From the NCBI GenBank assembly GCA_965112155.1, contig OZ218109.1: DNA of 64,000 nucleotides; one strand, written 5' to 3'. Source of the stretch: Podarcis liolepis (Eukaryota). The first letter of the stretch is position 1. The number at the start of each line of letters is the position of its first letter. A program made the position numbers and the translations under genes. Shown here piece after piece: positions 1 through 12,484 of this stretch. The notes beneath the pieces were generated by a model. The model did no database searches, was not told the origin of the DNA, and was given only the letters and a program-made list of their open reading frames with translations.

Positions 1-3000
1 AGTCACTATGGTGCTACATCCAATGCAATGTTATTTTATGGTAACATATTGGACAAAATGAGAGCAAGGCACTTGAAATGAATAATGGTAGGAGCAAAAG
101 GATATTGGAAGTTAACACACGCTGCTAGTAGAATTTTAGATGCTTTCATTCAGAATCAAATGTTCCACATCAGATTTTCTTTCTTTGAAGCATTATCACT
201 GATCATGCTTCTTGTGATCAACCAAGAATCAGGAAAAAATTGACTTCCTGATGCAGTATCTTCTTTTTATTATCCCTGTTGTATTTCATATTTCTCTAGT
301 CGGCTTTTCTAGCCTAGAACATTTCTGAAATGACACACACACCTCACTGGGATAAGTGCAAAATGCCTTGAGGACCACAGTTTCTAATCCTTAACATAAT
401 TTTCAAGACAATCCAATTGTATATTAGCTCTGAAGGAAACCCCAGTATGTTCAATGGGGTTTACTCCTAGGGTCTATTTAAGACATTTGTAGGTTGCCCT
501 TCAATTTGTCAAAACTTGCAAGGCAGCTGACAACAAAATAAGACAATATCAACTGCACATTAGAACTGAAGGCACAGTGGTAGGAGATAAGTTGTTGGTA
601 TAAAGGTTCTCCTCATGATTTTAACTTGCCCCATATTTCATCTTAATGGCAAGGGAAAAAAACCTTTAAGAGAATAATTATGTACTGAGAATGGCTGAGA
701 GAAATTTCTCCTTGCCCCCTTGTGGTCAAATGGTTTTTTTAAAAAAATAATACTGCAAATATCCATGAATCTTACATGAAAACAGTTGTGAAATTTAAGG
801 TTTGATTACTTTAAAAGCTAGAAATGTAGGTGGGTAAAATGAGTACTCTAGTTCAGAACCAGCTCCTCCTTTAAGCAAAGACCAGTCTTGTGGGGGCCAT
901 TTTCTGTTGGTGGGCATTGGTGGGTTGAGCTTGCCTTGGTGGAAGGCAACAGGAACATCAGGTAACTGGAGGCTGCCTTTATAATTTCCCACAATGCTCC
1001 AGAGTGATACCATGTCTGAGGCATTGTGGAAAATGAAAATGTCAGCTAGGCTGTTTGGAACACCAGGCCAATGTGTTTGTTTAAAGGAGGCCCAGGACAG
1101 GCAGCAGTGATGGTTCTTTCTGTGACATTGGGGCCTTGGCAGCTGTTGAAGGATGTCAGGAGCTGATACCAGGCCTGCTCTAGCTAGGCTTGGTATCAGC
1201 TCCTTAGACAGGTAGAAGCAACAGTCTTTTGGCTGAGGTATTATCGCATTATTATGGGATTATGTTGGCCATTTGGGTGGGATTTAAGTCTAGGTTCTTC
1301 GCAGGCAATTATTTTAAATTAATACAATGACTAGCTCTTACCTGTTTGGGTAAGTAAACACCTTATTTGTGTGCTATTATTTAAGTCTCAGACTTCAAAC
1401 AATGTGTTCTGTAGTATGTAGATTGTAGTCTAGAACAGTTGTGTTCAAAATGTGTTGGGTGACCTTGAACTTCTGCCAGCAATTCCTTCGTTAGAAGTCA
1501 GCATTGGTACATTGTGGACAAGCTTCCCTGAAAGACAGCGTACCCCCATTACCAATCTTCCTGCCAAGTCTGAACTATTTGAAGTTGATGGAGGGGAGCA
1601 GAGAGTCACATGCAGTGATATGCACAGCATCACATTAGAGTTAGGAAGAGCTTGCTACCCAAGCAAGGTCTCAGCCTCAACAGGAAGCCTTTTATAGGCC
1701 TTCCAGCCCAGGAGGAGGGCAATAGCTAGTTTGGATGGGTGACCCAGGCACCTCCTGAGACTTCTACTACTATAGTTGTGTTCTATGAAATATTTTCATG
1801 GGGCAATGATGAGACCCAACTGCCCTGCCTCCTGGAAATCAGCATGAACAGTGTACACTGTAGAACTTGTTTAAGAATGCTCAGAGGTGACCAAGTTTTT
1901 GATTACTCATCATTAAGAGATCTGATTATACAATAACTGTAAACAGGAGTTGCCTGTTTGCTATGTGCTCCAGAATTGCTCAAAATATTTGCACGCAAAA
2001 GGTTCCATCAAAAAGAAAGTTAAGCGCCATGTAGATTGTGCTTTTAGGATTTATTTCACATAGGTTGCCAGCGGAATTCATAATGAAGTTTGCCCATTGT
2101 CCCTCAATAGCCAGCAGCATGGCCCAACATAGTTTCCAGCATAAGAGGTTGTTATGGGGTATTATTATTATTACTATTAAGTGTGATTTAACCGACAATA
2201 TTTTTAAAAGCAAGTATTCATTGATGGATATTTATCTTTACCACAAAAGTTTCGAATGCGATGGTAACATAATGGCTTAATAATTGAAATTCAAAGCTAT
2301 TTCTGTTACAAATATTGTGTTGATATTATAATCCAGAATTAAAAGATATATTGTCTCCCTTTAACTGAGCTTTGTCAGATTCAGATAGACTTATGATTAT
2401 TCATCGTTACACAGCAAATAGATGTAATGAAAAGCTATCATGGGAGGATGTGAATTTGATCAGAATCTTTTCTTCCTGTGAGTGGAAAAGTAGCATAGGA
2501 AAGACAATTTGGTGCGTGGGGAAAAAGATTTAAGATCACACATACACCAACACTCCTGTGGCAGACTTCAAAGCTGCTGTGGCTGCTTTTCATAAAATAC
2601 ACTTTAAGAAATGCAGGGGAGACCGCAGTATTAATTCTAATGGGCTTTTACTGCAGAACATCATACTGGTTATATTTAAAATACTGGATTTAGACTGTAC
2701 CAGCCCAATTAGATATTTAATACATCAAAGAAAACAAAAACCAGTTTCTACAGATGTATCTTTGGTTAGATCCTGCTTCTAAAGCATGTATGAAATGATG
2801 GCCCAGCCCATCCCACAACTTTATGGATCAATAACTCCTGATAAAATAAGAGAAGTGAGTGCTGATTGAAAAGCCATAAGGCACAGTTTGGTCTATTAAT
2901 TTTTAGATTGTGGGCAGAACCTGCTTTTATTGTACCATGCAGTAGTAATTGTTGGTAATAACAACAAGAGCAGCAATTACAATTAGGTGCTTTATGGCTA

Positions 3001-3499
3001 TGAACACTGCACCACAGAATCCATTCTTAGTTTTGTCTTGATATCTGGCAGCCTTTTAAAATATGTATTTAGCGTTCATGTAGTGAAGCCTGACAGCGAT
3101 TAAGTACCACCTGAGAATGAGTTTTAGCTGATAATTGATTTACAAATTTTTGTTGAGGTAGATTTACAGTAGTGTTTGGAACTTTATACTCATTTTAAAT
3201 TCCTTTGAGAAGATAAAAGTGTGGCTAAATATGTATATTTGAGGTTATGGAACTCCATCACAAATGACACTGATGTCCTCATTTAGGTGCAAGGTGAAAA
3301 TGTTTTTGTCCCACTCTACACAAAGGAATTAAAAGTGAGCACATTTCCAGGGTGAGTCACAACAATTTAAAATACAGCATTAAAAACAGTTTAAAACAAA
3401 TTAACAACCACAAGGTTAGTAACTGTTTGCAAAAAAGTGAAGGTGGGCAGAGCGTTACTGACGTAACATGTCTAATATTATGCACATCTACACCTACAG

Positions 3500-3690
3500 A
3501 TTGGTACTGTGACGCAAAAGATCTTGGGGTCATAGCGGACAGTTCACTGACGGCATCAACCACAGGTGCTGCAGCAGCAAAAATGGCAAAATCAGTACTG
3601 TATTAACAATGATAAGGAAAGGGACTGAAAACAAATCAGCAATGATCATCCTAGTGACAGTCCCATTATGTAAAACGATTGTGTGGGCAG
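3500..3690 (+). mobile_element. CR1 LINE fragment (ORF2 C-terminal region), decayed
   Basis: Translates KDLGVIADSSLTASTTGAAAAKMAKSVL..IRKGTENKSAMII..PLCKTIV, matching the CR1 motif (E)RDLGV.VD..L.MS.QCAAA.KKAN.MLG.IRKGIENK....I.PLYK..VR. Confidence 0.85.
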
Positions 3691-3879
3691 AAATAGGTCT
3701 CCTTTGTGTAACGTCATATGCTTTCCCAAAATCAGTTGGTGAATAGAGGCACTTGTTAAGATTCATCTATGACAAATCCGTGAAAGCGACAAAGCTTGAA
3801 TCATCATTTGGAATATAATTTCCTTCTCTCTCTCTCTCTGAGGCCTTTGCTGAATAATACAGTAAACTCTGCAGTTATA

Positions 3880-4880
3880 TTCGATCGATTATCCCATTCG
3901 TATCTCCGCAGCAACCTAGGGAGTGTAGGACTAGCGGACCGAACCTAAGATCTACCCAGCGAGTTCCGTGTCTTGAGCTGACGTGTGAATCCATGCCTCC
4001 CGGGCCCGGCTCTTTTGCTGGCTCCCCTCTGTCACGCTGTCGGGAAAAGTTTCGCAACAACACGCGGGAGGCTTTTTTTGTGGGCGCTTATAGGTGGCTG
4101 TGTGCCGTTGCGAAGGATCCTGTTTTGTTTATAGCGCGAGAGAGGCCTCCTTTCCCCTTGGATGTGGGGGCGGCTGGCAGCTGCCCTCCCCTCGCAGCCT
4201 CCCTCGGCCTGACTGGAGGTTTCTTTTCTTCCAGGCCTTCCCAAAACACAAGCCTCCCGGCATCGGCCGGTTGCTAGGCGTCGTGACGACAGAGGTGCGG
4301 CGGGCGGCGATTGGCGGAGGCCCTGCTCTTCCCCCCGTGGGATTCGCAGGGGGAGGGGCGGAACCGGCGCGGACGCTGGAGCATGCGCAGTGGGAGGCCA
4401 GCGTCCTGCCCGGCCACGTCTGCCGGGTCCTGCCGCAAGCGGCTGTTCTGAGGAGAACCCGGCTGAGGAGGCCAGCTGCTCGGCCCCATGGGCTTCTCCG
4501 CGCGACCCTCGGCGGGGCTGCGCCGGCGGCCCCTGCTGCTGCTCGCGCTCCTCCTGCTCGCTCAGCCCGCCTCGGCTTGGGAGAGCGGAGACTTGGAGCT
4601 CTTCGACCTGGTGGAGGAGGTCCCGCAAAACTTCTACGTCTTCCTGGGAGTTGAGCAGGTGAGGGGAGGCAGCGCCAGGAGGAGACCCCCCGGGGTGGGC
4701 GCGGGGTCCGGCCCGGCCCGCCGTTCCTGCTCCCCTTCCGGCTGGGCCCTGCTGCGACCTCCCCTGAAACCCGGGGCTCGGGCCCGGAGCGTTTGGGACG
4801 GCCGAGAGCCGGAACCAAGGGGGCTCCTGAGCATATGCAGATAAACTTCTTGGGCGGCTGCTGCTGCTTGGCTCCACGTA
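3880..4880 (+). promoter_or_regulatory. DNAJC1: CpG-island promoter / 5' region of DNAJC1
   Basis: Abrupt GC- and CpG-rich stretch in an AT-rich, CpG-depleted background, spanning exon 1. Contains an inverted CCAAT (ATTGG 4310-4314), GC box GGGGAGGGGCGG (~4350-4361), NRF1-like GCATGCGCA (4381-4389) and GCCACGTC (4413-4420). No TATA box is evident. Confidence 0.85.
4488..4658 (+). CDS. DNAJC1: DNAJC1 (ERdj1/MTJ1) coding exon 1: signal peptide and start of J-domain
   Basis: ATG 4488; MGFSARPSAGLRRRPLLLLALLLLAQPASA-WESGDLELFDLVEEVPQNFYVFLGVEQ. WESGDLELFDLVEEV is the recognisable mature N-terminus of DNAJC1. Donor CAG|GTGAGG at 4659. 171 nt, phase 0. Confidence 0.95.
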
Positions 4881-5539
4881 TCTGAGGGGAGGTTTGTGAA
4901 GCAGGTCTATAGTGTGGGTTATAAAGTTGTGTGCGTGTGTTTCTAAAGGATGCAGTGCTGCCTCTTCTACCTCTTGCAGCTTATTTGTTGCCCACTCACC
5001 ACCGTTTCTCCCTGTGGTGAGGAAACCCAGCTTTCCCTTGACCCCCCCCCCCCAATTTATTCTCCTTTTTGATGTTTGAATATTTCCCATCCCGACTTCT
5101 TCTAAAGGTGCAGTGTTCTGTGTTTGGATCCTGCAGGCTCCATTTTGCTCTTTCCTCCTTCCTTCCACCTTTATTTTAAAATGTAGTTGCCCTATCTTAT
5201 CTCACTTCTTTTCATCCCAAACCCCTGTAGGAGACTTCCCATTTTCTTTCAAATCTAGGCCACCAAACCTGCAAGCATATTCTATTCTCCCCCACCTCAC
5301 TGCTTTTATGGAAGTGGCCTATTTTCCTTTTTTTGGAGACTTTTTTGCACCCTAAACCTGTCCAGATTTGTGAGTGAAAACTTGCACGTTTCCCTTCCGT
5401 TTGTGGAGGAAGCCATGTGATGCATGCTTATTTTCTTGCTAATTCCATCTAACATTCTGAAGAATGGGCTGCTCCCAATATTCTAATTGTCTGTTCATTA
5501 ACATTGCCTTCAGAGGCCTATCACTGTGTGCCCCTATCT

Positions 5540-5882
5540 TTGGAGTTTTGTCTGGTGGCAACTGGGCATAGGAATGGTATCCCATCCTTAGAGTTCCCTC
5601 CTCAGAAAGGCCTGTCTGCCACCCTTCCTTTTAACATCTTAGCTGTGAGTTAAAAGTGATTTTCTTTACCTTTAGTTTTTGATCAACAACAAGATGTTGC
5701 TGCTGTGTTTGTGGCACTGATTTTATTGATACTTATTTTATTTGGTAGTTTTACTGATGTTTTGGTTTACTTATAGTTGTTTATCTTGATTGTGTACTAA
5801 CTTGTGAATCCATTGGATTAAAAAGCAATATATAAATGCAATAAATAAATAAATAAATAAAATAAAATAAAATAAAATAAAA
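5540..5882 (+). mobile_element. Decayed L2-like LINE 3' end with (TAAA/TAAAA)n tail
   Basis: T-rich 3' UTR-like stretch ending in tatataaatgcaataaataaataaataaataaaataaaa..., typical of reptile L2 tails. The body is heavily decayed. Confidence 0.55.
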
Positions 5883-7087
5883 TGAATGCATTGGATGTGT
5901 GGCTGGTATTGAGGAGCTACTAGGGAAACTTAAAAGTTATCTTAAGTTTGTATTAGGAAATAGTGTCCAGCTAAACAGTATTGTAAAAGATCAGGTTAAC
6001 TATTCTGAAACAGATTTGAATGGATTTTACGTTTTATTTTTTAAATAAAGACTGAGGTAGCAGATCTGGCAGAACCTAGTCAGCAGGTGGCTCAGCTTAT
6101 TTCTGCTCCTGATGTTTGGACAGGAGTAGCTACTTTGCTTGAGGATCAAATTTTCCTTGAAGTGTGTGGTATAATTTCAATTTGAAACTGGCATAGTTGA
6201 AACCTAAACCTAACTCTGAACCGAATCTAATCATCATGTTCAGTTCTGATTCAGACATTAATGTAAAATGATGTAATAACTGGTTCAGTTACTATGAACT
6301 TATGTTTTGCAGATTGATAACCAACCCTTCTTGTGGCGTAAGTGAGAGTGAATATAATGATGAATACTTAACTAGAGAACTTTTTATATATTTAAAACAT
6401 GGTGGCGGATCCATGGTGGCGGATCCAAAGAACCATGCTTCTATATCTGTCACTCCAACTGATCTTAAAAGGGCTCTCCCCTGAACAGCATTTGTTGAAG
6501 CCTGAGAACTTGCAGTTGGAAGGGGAACTTGTAGAAGCCCCCATAATTGCCAAGGTGCATGCTTGAGGATCATTGGATCTTGACTCTTTTCACACACAAA
6601 TACCACATCCTGTAGAATTCTATCAGTTATATTTTATCATTGCACAATCAGAATGAATTTCAGGAACCAAAATGCTTTTTCTGTGCAGCCTGAGCAGCAG
6701 CAGTGAACAGTTACTTATTGCTGCTTGTCTCTACCCCACCCCACCATCCTGCTCACAGTAGTGGAGAATATTTTTACGTTATGACTGGTCCGTGTCACCA
6801 TTAAGAAAAAGAAGTAGGAATATGCCAGTGTATTTGTGGACTGTCCCTGGATCAGGTGATTCTTCTTCTTTAAGTTCTCAAAGTCTTTGACCTACCTCAA
6901 TGTTGTCATATGAACTAGCCAGATGTTAATCAATCACAGTTAGCCTGTCATTTAAAAAATAAGACTTTAGAGCTGTCTTGCCCAACAAGGTGCCTTCTAG
7001 ATGGTTTGTACTATAACTTCTGTCAGCCTTAGCCAATATTACCAATGGTCACTTATTTGGGGAGCTGTGGAACTTGTTGAGTGGCAC

Positions 7088-7790
7088 TATTATTATTATT
7101 ATTATTATTACTATTACTATTTACTAAATTTGTATACCCCCTTCATCTGTAGATCTCAGGATGGTTCACAACATAAAATTACAACATGAAAACCAACCAT
7201 AAAATACATAATACAAAGATAACAGAAAACAAATTCCCCTCTCCCACAATACATTTAAGAGGGATTTGGTTAATCAGCCAAAGGCCTGGTTGAAGAGGAA
7301 TGTTTTTGGCTGGCACCTAAATGAAGCCACCAGTTGAATCTCCCTTTCCACAAATGGGGGAGTCAATGCAAAAAAGGCCTGTTTCTGTGTTGCCACCCGC
7401 AAGAAGGGCCTCTCAAGTGTCTGGGTAGATTCATATGGAAAGAGGTGGTCCTTTAGGTATTGCAGTCCTGAGCTGTTTAAAGCTTTATAGGTCAAAACCA
7501 GCACTTTGAATTGGGCCTGGAAACTAATTGTCAGCCCGTGCAGTCAGGCCAGGATTGGTGTAATATGCTCAAACAATCTTGCCCAGGTGAACAACGTGGC
7601 CACCAAATTCTGCACCAGCTGAAGTTTCTGAACCATTTTATGAGACACCCCTATGTATAACACTGTTGCAGTAATCTAACCTAGATATTTAATCTAACCT
7701 AGAGATTACCAGAGCATAGACAATGGTAGCTGGCTTGTCCATGTCCAGATATGAGTGCAGCTGTTCCACCAACCAAAGCTGATGCAAGCT
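7088..7790 (-). mobile_element. L2 LINE 3' fragment
   Basis: Minus-strand peptides ATIVYALVISRLD and AQFKVLVLTYKALNSSGLQYLKDHL match L2 ORF2 C-terminal motifs (ALVTSRLDYCN; FKVLVLTYKALNGLGP.YL). Tail is the (TAT)n at 7088-7122. Confidence 0.85.
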
Positions 7791-8123
7791 GAAATAGGTT
7801 GGGGAAGGCTGTTTTAAATATTCCAGTGCATACACATGGGCAAAATGCAACCAATTAGTGTAGTATGGTGATTCTAATTTGTGGGGAAGTGGGGGGTCAT
7901 CACAGTTCATTTCTGGATTAAATATGAAGAAAAATAGCCTTTCGGCATCATTGTCAAATCCAGCACCATACGATGGCTGGGCCATTTTGCCTGTTTGATA
8001 ATTTGGCCCTGGTCGAAAGAGCCTTGAACTCGGTCATCAGAAAAATAGTACAAGTATTATTGTCTGTTCCACAGTCTTTCCATGGACTACCTGAATCGAG
8101 CTCACAGATCATCAAACAAAGTA

Positions 8124-8444
8124 CAGTGGTGCCCCGCAAGATGAATGCCTCGCAAGACGGAAAACTCGCTAGAGGAAAGAGTTTTCCGTTTTGGAGGTGC
8201 TTCGCAAAACGAATCTCCTATGGGCTTGCTTCACAAGACGAAAATGTCTTGCGAGTTCCTGCAGGTTTTTTCCCCTCCCCCCCTTTTTGCTAAGCCGCTT
8301 ATCAGCTGATCCGATAAGCCGCTAAAAGCCACTAATAGCGCTAATCAGCTAATCCGTCAATGGGCTTGCTTCGCAAGACAAAAAAAAACCGCTAGACGAA
8401 GAGAATCACAGAACGGATTCTTTTCGTCTTGCGAGACACCACTG
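8124..8444. mobile_element. Tc1/mariner-pogo(Tigger)-type MITE
   Basis: TIRs CAGTGGTGCCCCGCAAGATGAA / CAGTGGTGTCTCGCAAGACGAA (19/22). TA on both sides (8122-8123, 8445-8446). Internal CGCAAGAC repeats. Confidence 0.9.
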
Positions 8445-11442
8445 TATTAGATAAGGGATGAGGTACTACTTGCCCCAAGAGAGACTTGAAGCATATTATT
8501 TGCTTTTTTATTCAGGAAGTAGCTGCTTGGCCTGGCCGTTCTAAGAACTGGATATTTCCCCTTCTAAGCTATGCAAATAAGGGCTGGCTCAGTTCTCAGT
8601 GGCTCCCATTCAGACTGGGACATGGTTGAGGGTGGAATAGAGGCATCTTTCACTCCAGACACAAGGTCATCCATCACCTGAGCAGCAGCATCTGAGTAAA
8701 CCCATTTACTTTCTCTTACATAAATGAATGACTGCTCTTCATTCATAGGGGAGAAAAATAAAGTGCTGTGCTTGAGGACAAACCTTACCTAGTTTATGAC
8801 CCTGTGGCTTGATGTGTCTTTCTGCACAGAAACATGCTGCACCTGTGGGTTCTTCAATATACAGGCCTCTTTCCCATGCATTCCATTTCTCATTATAATG
8901 ACAAGCATTTCAGTAGAAACAAATAGATTGATCTAAATCCTATACTCTCTGTGTCTCTCTTTAAAAAATGCTTTATTTTAAGCAAACTAATTTATTGTTA
9001 GCCCTTCTGCTAGAATATGCATAAATGGAGGATGACTGCTGCACCTTTAGAAAATTAACCTATGAAGTAGTTCTGTTACCTGGATGTACATTTAAACTAC
9101 GTGTGAGCTGAAATGCAACTTCTAAAACTTGACCAAGCACATTTTCTATATGAAGAATACAAAACAATAAAACCAGTCAGTTTTCAAGGACAATGCAAAT
9201 GCTGTATTGTTTAGATCTGAATAACTTTTTCAGAACTTGATGATGGCATCTGCTTGGTCTGTAACTATAGCAACTCCTCAATGGCTTTCTTTCTAATTTT
9301 CACATAGAACTGACATTTTAATAACTCATTCAGAGCACTTAATAACCTTATGACAAGAAGCCCCTAAACAGATCTGCAATAGATTAAAGAAAAATCTGTA
9401 TATGGGACAGTAGTTTTTAAAAAATCCGCTTCATAACTGGAGGATTAAAGGTGATAGTTCTTAGCAGCATATGTAAAGTAATTTCTTAAACAATTAATAT
9501 ATATTCTTTTCTTTTTTGCAATGGAAAAAGACCGAGTTCTTACTGGAACTCAATCAACAGAAGTTCAAGCGGTTCTTGAGGATACTGAATAACCTTTAAG
9601 CAAACCTAGACATAAGTACCAATTAGTCATAACTTCCTTGGTCTCCAGCTGATGTTTACATTGTATGAAGTCTTAGCTCTCCTCCTTGAGGCATGGAGGA
9701 AGATCTTAAGTTTTGTTTTCCACATTCCACATTTGTGAAAATGTTCTGGCTAGCTCCCTGGTCTATGCCAGTCCTAGTTTTTAGACATGTTGACCACTTC
9801 CATAGAAGTTTTAAATTGTCTCGGAGCTCTGCTTTAGGATGTTTTTGTGAATGTCTGATAATTCTTAATGTGGAAGAGAGTCCTTTGTGAAGTGCACAAT
9901 TTGAACTGAAATAGTAAAAACAATGCAGCATTTTATCTGTAATTGAAAAAGTATTCTCTTATAAAACGCAATAGTGGGAAGGGTGATTCCTGTTGAAGGA
10001 AGATTTAATTTTCTTTTTTTAAAAACCTTTCGTCGTAGGCTATTTTGTTCAGAGCTATCACCTTTTGCATTTAGCTGTACATTTCTTGTTCTGGGTATAC
10101 TGTCCCTGGTCATTTGACTTGGTTGACTTGGATAAGTGGTAGAGGCCAGATAGCGTGAACAAGGGAAGGCTTAGATTCAGCTCACTCTTCTACACCCAGG
10201 ACCAAATGTGAAGTTGCCTAATATTTGCTGTGTAATCAATTGCTGCTTTTTGAGAATGTCAGTCTAGTAGACATTGTGAAGTACTCCTGCAAGCATGCTA
10301 CTGATTTCATTTGATTCTAACATTTTGTCTGCCAAGATCTTTTCTTGTTTCCCTTAGATCTTCTAGTGATCTTGCCAGTGTTTGGCCTTGTAGTGCAGAC
10401 TTCGCTCTAGATGGTACGGGGGTGGTGGTGGATAGTTTTGCCTGATCTCAGTTTTATCCGGCAGCTTTGTAGACCTTAGTAGGTTAACAGCTGCACATTC
10501 AACTTATCCTTGTCCAATGACAGCATACACAGAATCAGTTGCCTTGTCTGCTCCTGACTCAACGTGTGTTCTCTCTCTGAGAAAGATATGACAAATCCAG
10601 GGAGATTTGTCATATCTTTCTTAAAGCACTAATGCTGGCTTGCTGTCAGTTCAAGGTAAGCATGACTTCCATTCTTTCCAAATCCTCCCTGCATCTTTCT
10701 GAATTATGCCCTACATGTCAGGGTCGCAGCCTAGGTGTAATCTTCTGACCTAGTGTGCCCTCTTTACCCATGGCTATTCCAGTGCCTTGTTCTGCTAGCT
10801 GCTACTGCAACTGATGCAAGCTTTGCTTTGTTCTCTGTAATGCAAAGCTTTATTGGCTTTCTAGCTTGATAGAGAAATATGTAGACTTGTGTGTATCATT
10901 ATTCTTGCACTGCATGTCTGTCCATTGGTTGCGAAACCAAACACACACCTGCTTTTGCTAACCACAACATTGCTGGTTCTATATATTCTATATATGTTTA
11001 ATAGTCTTTGGTGGGATTTGTAGCATCCAATGCCTGTGAATTCCTCCAATTAGCTGTGTGAAAGAACTACTGCTTTGGGGTTATGATGGAAAGCAATAGT
11101 GCACATGTGAGTGGTTGCCTAGTAACTGCCTGCATGATTAATTCCACCCTTGTGTGATTATGCCTCCCCTATCCTGTGGGCATGAAGCAGGCTCTAAACT
11201 GCGAAGTCACAGCCAGGGTGGCAACTCAGGAATGAGGCTTGCTTTTGTTGGCAATTTTTCCTGGGTCACCTTTAGTCTAAAAGTTGTGTTGTACTAATTA
11301 TTAGCATAGGGAGAAGTTTATATTTCCTGTATTTTTCCACCTTTTTATGGTGAGTCTTGGATTATCTTTGTTTTAACTGGCCATTATGATATAAAGTGGA
11401 GATCACTGATATGGGGTAAAATGAATTCCCTTTTACCATATA

Positions 11443-11684
11443 CAGTGGTACCTTGGGTTACATATGCTTCAGGTTACATATGCTTCAGGTTACAGACTCC
11501 GCTAACCCAGAAATATTACCTCGGGTTAAGATCTTTGCTTCAGGATGAGAACAGAAATTGTGCAGCCGCGGTGCAGCGGCAGCAGGAGGCCCCATTAGCT
11601 AAAGTGGTGCTTCAGGTTAAGAACAGTTTCAGGTTAAGAACAGACCTCCAGAACGAATTATGTTCTTAACCCGAGGTACCACTG
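11443..11684. mobile_element. Tc1/mariner-pogo(Tigger)-type MITE
   Basis: TIRs CAGTGGTACCT(T/C)GGGTTA (17/18), TA TSD. Internal sequence is related to the copies at 35864 and 61805. Confidence 0.92.
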
Positions 11685-12361
11685 TATATTCGCCCCGTGG
11701 AAACTTTTCCATTTCTCAAAATGCATTTTTAATTAAAAATAATGTCTCTCATGAATGGATACTATATTTGTCAATTTGAAGGGTAGTTTCAAACTTGTAA
11801 TTATGTTGCTCCAGAAGACTATTGCTAAGAAACAAGGTGAGAAATGGACTAGTATCTGCCCTAGTTGGGAGAGGGAGGGAGTGGATTTACTTCCTCATTT
11901 CTTCAGAACAGCTGATGAACCCAATTGCTGCATTTCTAAGAGCGTTCTGGGCATGCACACCTAAGTCAGCTAGTGGATATGTCCTTAGTGAATTCTGCTG
12001 TTCCTTTCCACCAGGGTAAACTTGGCAGTTTGTTCCTACCCATTTAACTGTTGAAGCCCTGATCTTAAGTGGCACAGGCAACTTTCTTTCTCTAGCTGTT
12101 TGTGTTACCTAAACTACTATTTCCAACAGACTGGATGATTTCCAATTCAGTATTCCTCTTACCTGAGTAGCATTGATGAGTTTTTTCTTTCTGGCTCTTG
12201 ACACAATGGATCCCTAATTCGTTTTCTTTTGGGGGGGGGGTTCACATTGCTAAGCTGCAGTGTACTTTTGCCTTTGTAGACTTTTGGATTAAATTTGGCC
12301 CCCAAGAATTGCCAGTATTTAAAATACAGTTTAGAACATTTGAAAAGGGATATGTGTAGAT

Positions 12362-12484
12362 TGGGGTAGCCAACATGATACCCTCCTGTTATTGGACTAC
12401 AGCTCCCATCATGCCTGATCATGGACTGGTTGATGGGAGTAGTAGTCCAACAGCATATGGAGGGCACCATGTTGGCTATCTTGG
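12362..12484. mobile_element. Short palindromic hAT-derived MITE (ACTACA.CTCCCATCA..TGATGGGAG.TGTAGT family)
   Basis: Internal inverted repeat ttggactacagctcccatca / tgatgggagtagtagtccaa with ends gtagccaacatg / catgttggctat. Related decayed copies at ~6975-7075, 15523-15659, 38580-38670, 52312-52458 and 62607-62773. Confidence 0.7.

Noticed and set aside
4630-4662. Antisense peptide PAQLPGRR, resembling the human DNAJC1 N-terminus as I recall it
   Set aside because: It is the reverse complement of constrained coding sequence (FYVFLGVEQ) at the exon 1 end. Best treated as coincidence, and it depends on memory.
4659-4844. ORF-track extension of exon 1 to 118 aa
   Set aside because: Read-through past a strong CAG|GTGAGG donor; intronic.
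4032-5168. 378-aa antisense ORF, plus overlapping 229-aa and 186-aa ORFs, across exon 1
   Set aside because: Low-complexity G/R/P/A translation typical of stop-poor CpG islands, with no recognisable domain. The true frame is explained by DNAJC1 exon 1.
6399-6427. 14-bp tandem duplication ATGGTGGCGGATCC x2
   Set aside because: Ordinary slippage duplication; no functional signal.
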